From Octopus sinensis (lineage: Eukaryota), in the NCBI RefSeq assembly GCF_006345805.1, contig NC_043020.1:23746001-23810000 (forward strand): a DNA stretch of 64,000 nt, given 5' to 3'. The notes beneath the pieces are model-generated. The model was given only the letters and a program-made list of their open reading frames with translations. It was not told the DNA's origin and ran no database searches. The position numbers were made by a program, and so were the translations under genes. Below are positions 26,735-41,463 of the stretch, piece by piece (within the stretch, counting starts at the first letter, position 1; the number at the start of each line of letters is the position of its first letter).

Positions 26735-27520
26735 ATTCTTTTCTATTCTAGGCATAAGGCCCGACATTTTTGAGGGTGGGGTCAGTCGATTAGATCGATC
26801 CCAGTACGTAACAGTTACTAAATTTATCGACCCCGTAAGGATAAAAGGCAAAGTCGACCTCGGTGGAATTTGAACTCAGGACGTAAAAACAGACGAAATA
26901 CCGCCAAGCATTTCGTGCAGCGTTCTAACGATTCTGCCAGCTCGCTGCCCCAGAGGCAGATACTATTAAGAGATCACTTTAGTCTATTTCTTCAGTTGTA
27001 TCCAGGTTATTGTGGCTGTGAGGTGTTGTTAAAGGTTTTATTTCTGCCTTAGTCAAACGACTAGAACAGTATTTTATAGAAGTATGACTAAATAATTTGT
27101 CTTGTTATTCTGCAGCGACAAGGTTTGCAATTGTCAGTGACAGGAAATATATTTTTCTATTCTAGGCACAAGGCCTGACATTTTGGGGGAGGGGGCTAGC
27201 CGGTTAAATCGACCCCAGAATGCAACTGGTACTTAATTTATCGACCCCGAAAAGATCAAAGTCGACCTCGGCGGAATTTGAACTCAGAACGTAGTGGCAG
27301 ACGAAATTCCTATTTCTTTACTACCCCCAAAGGGCTAAACACAGAAGGGACAAACAAGGACAGACAAACGGATTAAGTCGATTACATGGACCCCAGTGCG
27401 TAACTGGTACTTAATTTATCGACCCCGAAAGGATGAAAGGCAAAGTCGACCTCGGTGGAATTTGAGCTGAGAACGTAACGGCAGACGAAATGCCGTTAAG
27501 TATTTCGCCCGGTGTGCTAA
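26735..27520 (-). mobile_element. Family B SINEs (26735-26950 and tandem copies 27150-27520)
   Basis: Repeated TTTATCGACCCCG...AAAGTCGACCTCGGYGGAATTTGA. Confidence 0.8.
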
Positions 27521-27619
27521 ACAATGTTGTACAACCGCTAGGAAGTTCTACTCAACAATATTTTCGTGTTTACTTATTTGATGTCTTTAATTCTATGTAC
27601 TACACTTCCATTTGACATT

Positions 27620-27990
27620 GGACCAATTTCTCCATAATCCTCAGTCGAAGTGTTGGGTAGTTTTATAAAATACTTCTTCGTCTGATGCTAATTCGATATT
27701 CTTCAACTAATTTTATCAGTGATATGTTTTATAACTGTTGGTGGGTGGTTGGAGTACTTACTAATGTATTTTTGCAAGAGATTGTTTGTTTGTGGTTAGA
27801 TCTAGTGTTATTTCTAGAAAGTATTATTTAGTTTATGGTCATGCAATTTTTAACTACAATGATTAGGGGTTAACAAAAATTGAATGTCATATCCTTCCAT
27901 AGAGAATACGATTGTTATTCCATCATCACTGTATAGGCCCAAGCTAGTGTGTTGTATATTATTTTTAGTAAATGTAGAATGAATAATAAT
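27620..27990 (-). pseudogene. Penelope-like reverse transcriptase remnant
   Basis: LGLYSDDGI (PLE GLYRDDGL), YFLEITLDL and YSNHPPTVIKHITDKIS*RISN occur in the expected order. Confidence 0.75.
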
Positions 27991-28091
27991 CAGAATACAT
28001 ATATTTATATATGCATATATATGCGTGCGGTCTCTCACACACAAATATAATCTGATAACGAACGAATAGATGTGTGTTTGTGTGTATATGT

Positions 28092-28159
<68 letters not shown>

Positions 28160-28606
28160 TGCAACTGAATGAATGTGATTTTAGTGAATATGATGAATGA
28201 GGTACAGCAAAGACTAATTTCCAGCTCTCAGGAATAACATTTTTAATTTGCAGTCGAATCATAAGGTCTGAAAGAAAAGTATGCAAGCCACTTACTCACG
28301 CTCATTTACTCGTTCTGTATCTTAATTCTTAATAAAAAAAATAATAAATTATCAAGTATATTATCAAATCTGAAAATACCAAACCAGCGATCTCTACAGG
28401 GAACCCGCAGATAATAATATCGCAATGAAGGCCAGAGTCAATAATATATTCAAATAATATATTCATAGTTGGTAAATGATCCGAAGAAATCTTCTAGCTC
28501 ATAACTGGTAATAGCTTCAGGATGGACTGTCTCCCAGAGTGTTCGGAGCTAAACAATAGAAATTGCAGGAGATTTATAGCAAATAACATCTGACATATAT
28601 ATATAT

Positions 28607-28686
<80 letters not shown>

Positions 28687-29019
28687 ATATGTATGTGTAT
28701 GTATATGTATGTGTATATATATGTACATACATATGTATGTGTATGTATATGTATATGTATGTATATGTATGCGTATATATGTAACATGTAATATATACAT
28801 AAGTTTATAATATAAATATATACACACACGCATATATATTATATATATATATATATTTATTCATATATCAGTACATATATATTATACATTCATATATGTA
28901 TATCTCTCTGTCTATATATATGTATATATATGTGCGTGTATATGTATGTATATATATATATATATATATCAATAAATGTTTGTATGTATATGTATATATT
29001 CATACATATAAATGTATAT

Positions 29020-29061
<42 letters not shown>

Positions 29062-29073
29062 TGTGTGTCTATG

Positions 29074-29112
<39 letters not shown>

Positions 29113-29509
29113 GTATATGTATATATACGTGTATATACATATATATATACATGTATGTTGTATATATATATGTATTTATATATATATGTGTGTGTGTGAA
29201 TATAAATATATGCAATAACTTGGAGAAAACACACAACATATATAATAGTTTAGTGAAAAAATAACTAATAACTCCAAGAAATTCATAACTCACGTATTTC
29301 TTCAATAAATCCGCCGCTAATAATATTACCAAGACATTCCTTGTTAGTAACTCCACAAAGAATATTTGTAGTAAATAATGTCTAGAAGAATATTGCTAAT
29401 AATGCCTCGAAGAATATTGATAACAACGTCTTGAAGAATATTCGTTGTAGGAAATATCCACATGAATCCTCTAGCTAAGAAAATCTCCATGATACCTACG
29501 GCAAATAAC

Positions 29510-30230
29510 CGGTACGTCGTCGGTTATGAGGACGAGGGTTCCAGTTGATCCAATCAACGGAACAGTTCTCTAAAGACACGTGTAACTCTTAACATAGTTC
29601 TCAGGGTGATTCAGCGTGACACAGAGTGTGACGAGGTCGACCCCTTTGAAATTGCAGGTACCACAATTTTCTTTTGCCCGCTGAGTGGACATGGATCAAC
29701 GTGAAATGAGGTGTCTTGCTCAAGGTCACAACACGCCACCGCCTATCGAACTATCGCTGTAACCACCAAGCCGCGCACATTCACTCTGCGGCACATAATG
29801 TTACCAAGAAACACGTAGCCATGAAACGTGTCTGATACAAGAGCAGCAATCTTAGAGGGTGGGAGGGATAGAGGGAGACTGCACTGACCCCAGTATTTGA
29901 CTGGTACTTATTTTAACGACCCCGAAAGAGTGGATGGCAAAGTCATCTTCGGCGGCGTTTGAACTCAGAGCGTATAGAGGAAGAAGAAATGTCGTTAAAC
30001 ATTTTGTGCGACGCGCTAATTGTTCTGCCAGCTGGCCGTCTTGAACCTTTTGCTCTTTTACTTGTTTCAGTCATTTGAGACGGCCATGCTGGGGCACCGC
30101 TTTGAACAGTTTTAGTCGAACGAATCGACCCCAGGGCACATCTTAAACCTGTTATTTATTCTAGTGGCGTCATTTTTTATGGAGACATAAACACCGGTTG
30201 TCAAACGGTGTTGAGTGACAAACAATAACA
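29510..30230 (-). mobile_element. SINE cluster (family C 29510-29785, B 29850-30040, A tail 30050-30230)
   Basis: Matches to other copies in the window. Confidence 0.75.
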
Positions 30231-30313
30231 AGGACCCCCCCCCACACACACATCGCCATTAAATCATAAATCCGAAAGAGAAGCACACCGTAATTCATAG
30301 AGCAGTAGAGTAT

Positions 30314-30545
30314 TTAGATAAAGGTAGATATGGCCGGTTCATAGGGTTACCCAGGGTTTCGCGTCCATAAAACGCTTAGGTTTACATACGTCTCGTTAGA
30401 CCCTAATGGCCGGTGGCCCTTCATTTTGAAGTGGAGCTATTGGCTACTGGCCATTAGGGTCTGAAGAGACGCTGAAAAGCTACGTGCTTTATGGACGGGA
30501 AACCCAGGGTAATCACAAAGACCGGCCATAACTATTTTTATCTAA
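30314..30545. repeat. Imperfect palindrome with an outward-facing hammerhead in each arm
   Basis: TATGGCCGGT...AGACCCTAATGGCC versus GGCCATTAGGGTCT...ACCGGCCATA. Plus arm CTGAAGA (30461)...GAAACCCAGGGTA; minus arm TAGGGT-CTAACGA...GAAACCCTGGGTA-ACCCTA. Confidence 0.75.
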
Positions 30546-31479
30546 TTACATACACACACATACACACGCATACACTCACACACACATATTTTTTTAGTTT
30601 CCGTCTACGAAATCCGCTCATAAGGCTTTGGTTGACCCAGGACTATCGTAAAAGACACTCAAGGTGCCATGCAGTGGGGCTGAACCCGGAACCATGTCAC
30701 TGGGAAGCAAATACTTCCCACAAAGCCCCAGCTGGGCCTATAATAATTCTTGTAACAAAATATAAAACAATAAGAAAGGCTTCCATTTTGTAGTTTGTTG
30801 TGTTAGAAATAGCAACTAAATATCCCTCAAATCACAGTTGAATAAATTATATAAAAGAGAATGTGTGAAAGTATGAGACAGTAGTTGACATGGTGTGTCT
30901 CTAGATATGGTGTGTCTTAAAAAGAGACGGGATGACCACGGTTGGAGAACACCATTGGTTATAATTATCCTTAATTGGAACTGACATTAGTCTAAGCAGC
31001 AACAACAACAACGGCAACAATTACCCCCACCACTTTCCCCAAAGCAATCGCTAATAATATTCTTTAACGAAGTTTGTGGTAATAAAATATTTAAAATAAT
31101 TCCTTGCTAATATCCAAATCTCTAAATTCTCTATAAAAATCCATAGCTAATAACTATACCATCTTCAAGAAAATATTCCCAGCTAATAACGTATTCGAGA
31201 GCATTCCTAGCTAATCATTTGTTTTCATTTTTTTCTTCTTCTTCTAGAGCAGCTAATAACAGTTCTAAGATTACTCAAAGCCAATAACTTTTCAAGAAAT
31301 CGAAGCTAATAACTTCTTCAAGAATCACAAAGCATTTCATTTGCCGAGAAATCCATGGCTAATAAAGTCTTCTCGAAAATCTATAGTTAATGAGATCTCA
31401 ACGAAAATTCTTCCCAATAACGTTCATTGCTAAGAACTTGCTCAAGCCGACTCCTGTCTAATTAATATATAGGCTATAC

Positions 31480-31560
31480 CAATGGTTCCCAACCTGGGGC
31501 CCGCGCACCCCTGGTGGTCCACAAAAGTAATACTGGGGTCCATCAACTAAATTCAACATT
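31480..31560. mobile_element. hAT/Charlie-like MITE end interrupted by a Helitron
   Basis: CAATGGTTCCCAACCTGGGGCCCGCGCACCCCTGG. Confidence 0.5.
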
Positions 31561-31567
31561 TCATATA

Positions 31568-31944
31568 TCTATTATATGAAACCCGTTCTGTCTGTCAGTG
31601 TGTGTGTCTTCTATGATCTCGGGCATCCTCCATCCGATTGCGCTCAAGTTTGATGTGTAGATACCGACAGGTATAAGGTTTGAAAAAAATTACAAAAATC
31701 GATTCCAGGTGAGAATGCGATCGATAAAGCCGTAGGAACGTGCATTTGTAAAATCGTTTTTCTTGGACTAGAAAAAAGTAAATCTTTATTTCTTCTTTTG
31801 CTGGTGTCTCAAATTTAGGTTAAGTCAGTGTTTCTAAAAGGGGAGGCTTATGGGATGGCCAGACAATTGTTTTGTTTTGAAAAAAATTCTGCTTAAATGG
31901 TTGACAACTCAGCACCGTCCATGGACGGGGGCGCGTTTTGCTCG
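31568..31944 (+). mobile_element. Non-autonomous Helitron
   Basis: A|TCTATTATATGAAA start; perfect hairpin CCGTCCATGGACGG; ends CTCG|T (variant of CTAG). Confidence 0.75.
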
Positions 31945-31964
31945 TATATATATATATATATATA

Positions 31965-32002
<38 letters not shown>

Positions 32003-32150
32003 TATATATATATATATATGTGTGTGTGTGGTGTTATATATAGAGAGAGAGAGAGACGATAAGAAACTGGAGGAAAAATAACCATATGAAGTGTTATTTG
32101 CGCTAGGAAGCCATTATTTAATTAGTTAAGAAAGGTGAGAGTAAGAGTGA

Positions 32151-32235
32151 GTTTACGATCGTTTCTGCATGCCATAGTGAGGAAAATATATATTTATATT
32201 TTTGCCTCGTTGCCAATGGTAGACATCATCAGAAC
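32151..32235 (-). ncRNA. Type-I hammerhead ribozyme motif, intact core
   Basis: Minus strand: GTT-CTGATGA-(extended stem II: CCAT/ATGG, GAGG/CCTC, AAAATATA/TATATTTT)-GAAA-CGATCG-TA-AAC. Confidence 0.7.
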
Positions 32236-32337
32236 GAAGAAGTCAGAGGTGGAGAAGGTGAAGGTAGAGGGTACATCGGAAAAGGAAAATGATCTATCCC
32301 TCCCTTAGAGGCTTTAAACACCTCTAAACTTATACCT

Positions 32338-32421
<84 letters not shown>

Positions 32422-32460
32422 ATATGTATATATATATACATATATTGATATATATATCGT

Positions 32461-32742
32461 GGCACTTCGTCGGTTACGACGAGGGTTCCAGTCGATCCGA
32501 TTAACGGAACAGCCTGCTCGTGAAATGTGCAAGTGGCTGAGCACTCCACAGACATGTATACCCTTAACGTAGTTCTCAGGGAGATTCAGCGTGACATAGT
32601 GTGTGTGACAAAGCTGGTCCCTTTGAAATACAGCAGAGTTCGCCACCATCCCCTCCCGGAACCTCGTGGAGTTTTTTTAGGTGTTTTCGCTTAATAAACA
32701 CTCACAACATCCAGTCTGGAAATCGAAACCGCGATCCTACGA
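32461..32742 (-). mobile_element. Chimeric SINE: head of the 1641 family, body of family C
   Basis: 32630-32742 matches 1685-1793; 32461-32630 matches family C bodies. Confidence 0.75.
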
Positions 32743-32744
32743 AT

Positions 32745-32749
32745 ATATG

Positions 32750-32783
<34 letters not shown>

Positions 32784-33500
32784 TGTATGTATGTATGTGT
32801 CTGTATGTATGTATGTATGTATGTATGTATGTATGCATGTATGTATGTATGTATGTATGTATGTATGTATGTATGTATGTATGCATGTATGTATGTATGT
32901 ATGTATGTATGTATGTATGTATGTATGTATGTATGTATGATGTATGCATGTATGTATGTATGTATGTATGTATGTATGTATGCATGTATGTATGTATGTA
33001 TGTATGTATGTATGTATGTATGTATGTATGCATGTATGTATGCATGGATGTATGTATGTATGCATGTATGTATGTATGTATGTATGTATGTATGCATGTA
33101 TGTATGCATGGATGTATGTATGTATGTATGTATGTATGTATGTATGTATGTATGCATGTGTATGCATGGATGTATGTATGTATGTATGTATGTATGTATG
33201 TATGTATGCATGTATGTATGCATGGATGTATGTATGTATGCATGTATGTATGTATGTATGTATGTATGTATGCATGTATGTATGCATGGATGTATGTATG
33301 TATGTATGTATGTATGTATGTATGTATGTATGCATGCATGTATGCATGGATGTATGTATGTATGTATGTATGTATGTATGTATGTATGTATGCATGTATG
33401 TATGCATGGATGTATGTATGTATGTATGTATGTATGTATGTATGTATGTATGCATGTATGTATGCATGTATGTATGTATGTATGCATGTATGTATGTATG

Positions 33501-33505
<5 letters not shown>
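32745..33505. repeat. (TATG)n tract with CATG/GATG variants
   Basis: Direct reading; 60 bp periodicity across 33241-33480. Confidence 0.95.
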
Positions 33506-33562
<57 letters not shown>

Positions 33563-34459
33563 ATATTATATATATAGCTACGTGGGTGTGTGTGACTGTT
33601 TCTGTCCTGCACTACTGCTTTACAACGGGTATTGGTTATATAACGGCCCCGTAACTTAGCGGCTCGGCAAAATACTCTGTTAAAAGAAACGTTGATGAAA
33701 CAGAGGTCAAACAGTAACGGAGTTATCGTTGTTTACCTTGGTTAGAACTTCTAACATGAACCAATCGATGAGACTGCGAAGTAATCATTTTTCCTCTCCT
33801 CGGTGCAATGTCAGCAAGCGTAAATATCTTTCTGTTGGTCTGCCTTGTCTTGGGGTGTCGAAGGAAGATGAGAAAACTGCACTATTGTAAAACTTGCGAG
33901 GAACAAGAGGGTAAAACGGTTCCGGACCATCGGTCGGTTCCCTAAGAAGATGATAGACCAAAGAGTAGGCAAACCCTTTGCGCAAGTGAGCCGGCGCCAC
34001 CTCCACAACTTCAAGAGTAACAAAAACTATCTGATCTGCATAACAATGGAAGGGAAGGCATGTCCACAGGAAGAAGTGAGGTAAAAACATAAAAAAGGGT
34101 CAAGAAAAACAGCAAGAAGGAGAAGTATGACGACAACGACGACGACGGTGACAGGATCAATAAGAGATGGCAACGACTATAACAACATCAAGAAGAAGAA
34201 CAACAACAATAGCTGCGCCGATAATGACAGGCCCAGGACCGTTATTAAAAGCGACAGCTACAACAACAACACCAACAGCAGCTGCAGTGGCAATCCTTGA
34301 TGAGGTTAATGTAACAGGGAAGTTAATATGGCTTCGGATGTGATTGTGTTTGTGTCGATGTTGTTGTTACTGCTGTTGTTGCTGGTTCATTTGATAACGA
34401 TGGCGGGGGAGGGGAGTTGTTGATTGGTAGTGGCGCTAATTCAACGATTGCTGACAATG

Positions 34460-34554
34460 TCAAAGATGATGATGGTGATGATGGTGATGATGACGACTAC
34501 GACGAGGCGACGACGACGAGGCGACGACGACGAGGCGACGACGACGACGACGAC

Positions 34555-34587
<33 letters not shown>

Positions 34588-34860
34588 AAGGAGGAGGAGG
34601 AGGAGGAGGATGCTAAAGCTGAAGAAGATGATAGAGGATGACGATGACGAGGATGATGATGATGACGATGACGAGGATGAAGAGATGAGAATGAGGGTGC
34701 TGAAGAAAATGATAAATGACGATAATTATGATGATGATGATGAGGACGATGACAGTGACGATGATGATGATGATGATGTTAATGATGATGATAATGATAA
34801 TTGACAATGATAATGGTAAACAGTAGTAAATGATGCTGTTGATGATGATGACAAAACCAA
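34460..34860. repeat. (GAT/GAC)n low-complexity tract
   Basis: Direct reading. Confidence 0.85.
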
Positions 34861-35461
34861 TGACCACCATTAAATGAACATTAACAGTAATAGAATGGAA
34901 ATTAAAAGAATGTCAACACGTGTGTGCGTGTGTGTGTGTGTGTACGTGTGTGTGTAAGTTACTGATCATATAAACGCAAGCACATCCAAATGCGTAACAG
35001 GTTTGCTTCACAATCAAGAGGTCCCACTTTCGATCTTGCTGCTCAGCAACTACGTCAAGAGATTTTTTACCATACTCTCGGACGAATCCATACCACGTGA
35101 ATGAAATTGTGGCTGAACGGAAACTGTAAAGAAGCTCGTTGCACGGATTGTGCTTGTAACTGAAACGGTAAGGTCTTGTCACGCGCGCAAACACACTGCC
35201 CCCTGGTGGTTCTGAAAAAAAGTTTACTTTTCGGGTATAACAAGCTCGTGGAATACTCAGTCACTTATACGTTAATGCATTGAGTTAGTTGTTCGGTTGA
35301 TCAATGAATCCACATCTTCGAAACCGATGGAGATCCATCCCTAGAAACACACACAAACACACACACACACACACACAGACACACACACACACACACGCAC
35401 ACACACATGCATGTATGTGCATATACTTATACATACACGCACATGTATATATTCTTTTATT

Positions 35462-35764
35462 CTTTTGTTCTTTTACTTGTTTCAGTGATTTAACTGCGGC
35501 AATGCTGGAGCACCGCCTTTGGTCGAACAAATCGATCCTAGGAGTTATTCTTCGTAAGCCTTATTCTATCGGTCTCTTTTGCCATGGACGTAAACATACC
35601 AGTATCGGTTGTCAAGCGATAGTGGGAGAACAAACAGACACACAAATACACATATACATACATACATGCATACATACATACATACATACATACTACATAA
35701 TACATACATATATGTATGTATATATATATATATAAATATATTAATATATATATATATATATATA

Positions 35765-35848
<84 letters not shown>

Positions 35849-35945
35849 ATACGACGGGCTTCTTTCAGTTTCCGTGTACCAAATCCACTCACAAGGATTT
35901 GGTTAGCCCGAGGCTATAGTAGAAGACAGTTGCTCAAAGTGACAT
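35462..35945 (-). mobile_element. Family A SINE with expanded internal (TA)n
   Basis: Tail and CORE-like parts match 7630-8054. Confidence 0.75.
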
Positions 35946-36779
35946 GCAGCATAGCCGCAGTCCTTGAACTGGAACTAAGAAACACAGAGGACGGCAACAT
36001 CACCAAACTGGATATCCCAGAGTATGGGATGTTCCGTCGTCGGAGAGAAATAGGAAAAATGACAAATATGGAAAATGGCCAAAAGCGTTTTTTTACGATA
36101 TTCATTTTTGCTTGCCATAGCTGATTCTTTTGGTCGAACAATCGGATCTCCAGCTGCTTCTGATGCTATGGAAAGGGGAAATATTTTTTCTTTTTCTGAA
36201 AAAGCAACGTTGTGGACGTACGACTCTTTTGCATAATAGTAACGATACACACACACACAGTCATATACGCACACACATACATATACATATATATACACAT
36301 ACACACATATTTTTGTATGTATATGAATACATATATTTGTATAAACACATATATACATGTGTGTGCGTATATATAGGCCCTACTAACATAACTTTTGGCG
36401 CATCAGCGGCATTTCGTTTGTCTTCATGTTTTGAGTTCAATTTCTGCCGAGGTTGACAATGTCTTTCATCCTTTCAGGGTCGATAAAATAAGTACCAGTG
36501 GAGTACTTGTGTCGTGTACTCGACTAGCGCCTCTCCCCAAAATTACAGGTCTTGTCCAGACACCAGGAAGACTTATAACGAAGCGACAGCTTCTGGAGAT
36601 GGCGGAATCTACTGGATATCAATCAAAATAGAATTCTGAATTTTTGTAACTTTCATCGATTTACGTTCTCAGATCAAATCCCGTTAAATTTAATTTTAGT
36701 TACTTATTATATATATGTATATACGTACACACACATATATTGAAGTACCAATGCACATACAAGCATATAGATATATATA

Positions 36780-36822
<43 letters not shown>

Positions 36823-36835
36823 TATTATATATATA

Positions 36836-36921
<86 letters not shown>

Positions 36922-37670
36922 ATCGGTAGCTTAAGTTTTTCACCCTTCCGATCAAATCCACAACACATCCCAACACACAACATCCATCCACCGCCCCCGC
37001 TTAACACCCCACTCACCGAACCAGAAAACTAAGAATTTCTCAGACTCGCATCCATGGCAGAAATTACTATCATTACCAAAGATTTTCATATCAATCAAAA
37101 ATTTAGATTTTATTTCATATCTAGTCGAGGTTTTTACGACAGAAAATTTCATTGCTCTACCTTAATATTGGAGGCAAGTTTTATAGGGAAAGGCCTTAAG
37201 ACGTTGGCAGTGATCGATACCTATAAATTTCAGAGATATGCTACATGATTTTAAATCTACATTATGTGGCATTAACAACAGTGAGAACATTAATTGAAAA
37301 ATTATACGTCGTACATTGCGTGGTTTTTGAGACATGTCATCTTCTCCCGCCAACGCACACTCGCATACATGCCGTTACGCGCCTCTTCATCTTTCTCTTT
37401 CTCCATGTGTATATATATGTATATGTATGTATGTCGACATTCGTATGCACATATGTATATATACATATATACACACACACACACGCACATGCATACACAA
37501 ACATATTTATAACTATACGTTTGTATGTGTGTATAAATACATACGTATGTGCATGAATGCATACATACATAAACACGTAAATATATATTATATATATATT
37601 AATATATTATTAATATATATATAATATATAATATATATCTATATGTATATATATATATATACATATATAT

Positions 37671-39240
37671 ATGTATGTATTTGTGTATATATACGTATAT
37701 ATATATATATATATATACATACATGTATTATGTATATACATGAACGAAATGCATCAGTGCATACGTATATATGGAGAGGTGCATGCATGCAAATGTACAT
37801 AGCTAAAGGTGTGCACGCTCGAGGCATATGCATTAGTGAAATCCTGTTAGGTAATGTATGTGCACACATAATACAGATGCATTTAAATGCACATACAGAG
37901 GTGCATAGATGCATACGCATAGATATCAATACGCATTCACACACACACACAATCATATATAAATATATGTATGCATATATACATACAAATACAAAGATAT
38001 ATGCACATATGGATATATACTTGTGCATTTACTTGCCAACATGTGTACACACGAATATACATACAGAAGAGCACATGCACGCACATATATATACGCATAT
38101 AAATACATACATGCTAAACTATGAATGCTGGAAAGTATATACATATAAACGAGTATAACACACACACACACTCACACACACATACACACACGTACACAAA
38201 CGCACATAATCGTATACACGCCTAGAGGCATAGACATATTTATATATATATATATATGTACCCATAAATAAACCCGAAATATGGCATATATATATATATG
38301 TATATATATGTGTGTGTGTGTGTTTGTATTATATAACATACACGCACCCACACACACACACACAAACATATATGTATCTATATACGTACATACATATGTT
38401 TATGCATTATATGTTTGTATGTATATATATTTATATACCATATATATATGTATGTATTTGTGTATATATACGTATATATATATATATATATATATACTAT
38501 CATGTATATATGTATATACATGAACGAAATGCATCAGTGCATACGTATATATGGAGAGGTGCATGCATGCAAATGTACATAGCTAAAAGTGTGCACGCAT
38601 CGAGGCATATGCATTAGTGAAATCTCCTGTTAGGTAATGTATGTGCACACATAAATACAGATGCATTTAAATGCACATACAGAGGTGCATAGATGCATAC
38701 GCATAGATATCAATACGCATTCACACACACACACAATCATATATAAATATATGTATGCATATATACATACAAATACAAAGATATATGCACATATGGATAT
38801 ATTACTTGTGCATTTACTTGCCAACATGTGTACACACGAATATACATACAGAAGAGCACATGCACGCACATATATATACGCATATAAATACATACATGCT
38901 AACTATGAATGCTGGAAAGTATATACATATAAACGAGTATAACACACACACACACTCACACACACATACACACACGTACACAAACGCACATAATCGTATA
39001 CACGCCTAGAGGCATAGACATATTTATATATATATATATATGTACCCATAAATAAACCCGAAATATTGCATATATATATATATGTATATATATGTGTGTG
39101 TGTGTGTTTGTATTTATATACACATACACGCACACACACACACACACACAAACATATATGTATCTATATACGTACATACATATGTTTATGCATATATATG
39201 TTTGTATGTATATATATTTATATACCATATATATATGTAT
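37671..39240. repeat. ~780 bp tandem duplication (37671-38447 / 38448-39240)
   Basis: TGAACGAAATGCATCAGTGCATACG at 37741 and 38521; units colinear throughout. Confidence 0.9.
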
Positions 39241-39337
39241 ATATTTATAGTCATTTTTTATGTATACTTACACACACACATTCACACACAAACACATATC
39301 TCTCTATCTATCTGTCTATCTATATACATACATACAA

Positions 39338-39418
<81 letters not shown>

Positions 39419-39449
39419 ATATATATATATATTATACATACATACATAA

Positions 39450-39482
<33 letters not shown>

Positions 39483-40084
39483 TATGCATGCGCACGCACA
39501 AAAAACATTTTCCCAGAAATCTACGTTTTATTAGCTTGTTGTTATCTGATTTATCTATACTCACACATGCATACGCATACACATACATACATACATACAT
39601 ACATACATACACACACACATACATACATACACACACACATACATACATACATACATACATACATACATACATACATACATACACACACACACATACCTAT
39701 AAATGTGTGTGTGTGTTTGTGTCCATTACACAAATATGGCCGCTCTGATAAAGATCTTTGTGGATATAACAATGTTTTGAAACAAAATATTAAATTAATG
39801 GAGAGATTATCATTTACAAAATTTGTATTTAAATATTTTCTTTATGTCTATATGTTATTGTAGCTGTAGATACTTATACATCACCATACATATTAATATC
39901 TATGCATCCTTGTGGGCTTATTTTTGTATATATTATCGTCTATCTATATTTCAATACCCTATTGTGAATGTTTTTTGCTAAGTTTTACTATGGTTTTTCA
40001 TATACATACATACATACATACATACATACATACATACATACATACATACATACATGCATACATACATACATACATATACATACA

Positions 40085-40115
<31 letters not shown>

Positions 40116-40319
40116 TAAAATGTGACATTGTTTTCCTTATCTATATTCCAGCGATAGAGCTTTGTATCTTTGTTAGAAACCAATTCCTTCCTCAGACGAA
40201 GAATTAGAGTAATTAAAAAAACAGAAGCAAACATATACATACATATATACACACACGTACATACTTACCCATAAAGACAAACATATTAGCATTTATAACT
40301 GCCTAGCTACATTCCTAAA

Positions 40320-40508
40320 TATCTATCTATCTGTCTCTCTCTTTCTGTCTGTCTATCTATCTATCTACCTACCTACCTACCTACCTACCTACCTACATAC
40401 CTACCTACCTACCTACCTACCTACCTACCTACCTACCTACCTACCTACCTACCTACCTACATACATACATACCTACCTACCTACCTACCTACCTACCTAC
40501 CTACCTAC

Positions 40509-40589
<81 letters not shown>

Positions 40590-40617
40590 CTTCTATCTAT
40601 CTATCTATCTATCTATA
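40320..40617. repeat. (CTAC)n/(CTAT)n microsatellite
   Basis: Direct reading. Confidence 0.95.
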
Positions 40618-40821
40618 TTTTATTCTTTCATTTTTTACGTGTTCCACTCATTTGACTGCGGCCAGGACTTATTCTTTGTAAGCCTAGTACTTATTCTATC
40701 GTGTCATTTGCCGAACCGCTAATGTTGCGGGGATGTAAATAAACCAATATCGGGTGTCATTCGACGGCGGTGGGACAAACACAGACAGCCACATTCGTAA
40801 ACACAGACACCCACATATTTA

Positions 40822-41462
40822 CATGACGATTGCCACTTCTTTACAGAAGAAGGCCATCTCTTCAATTAATAAATACTGTCATGAGATCTTATGTGACTAG
40901 CAAGTCCAGCTTTGGACAAACAGACTTTACTGCAAACCTTTACAAATATTTTTAAGCAGGAAAGTGTCTGAGATTGTAGTTAAGTCTTGTCTACAAAGTG
41001 CTCGTTTCAAGATAGATTGTTCAATTCTTCGATTTCCAAATGCTTTACATCTATTGTAGATCATTTGTTTCTAAACCGATCGATCTTGCGTCATCTGCTC
41101 CCAGTCTTCAACTTTCCCATTAAGAGTCTTAAGGTTGCTTTTGACAGCATCCCTTAAACGTTTCTTAGATTTATGTCTCGGACATTTTCCACGTTGCAAC
41201 TCCCCATAAAACAACTGCTTTGGCAACCTGCACCCTAGCAAGGTGCCCAACCCAACGCATCTGATTGCGTATGAGGATCATTTCAATATCGGATTTGTTA
41301 ATTTGCTGAAGAACAACGGTGTCTGGTGTTGAAGACTTCCATTCGATGTCTAGTTTCCTCCTAAGGCAAGTCTGATAGAATCTTTCTGAAGCCTTGATGT
41401 GACGCCGATATATCGTCCAGGTCTCAGAAGAGTACAGGAGGTCCGTTAATATGCAAAATTCA
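40822..41462 (-). mobile_element. RTE-clade LINE, 3' part
   Basis: ILTDLLYSSETWTIYRRHIK, QMRWVGHLAR, LPKQLFYGELQRG, KVCLSKAGLASHIRSH. Confidence 0.85.
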
Positions 41463-41463
41463 T

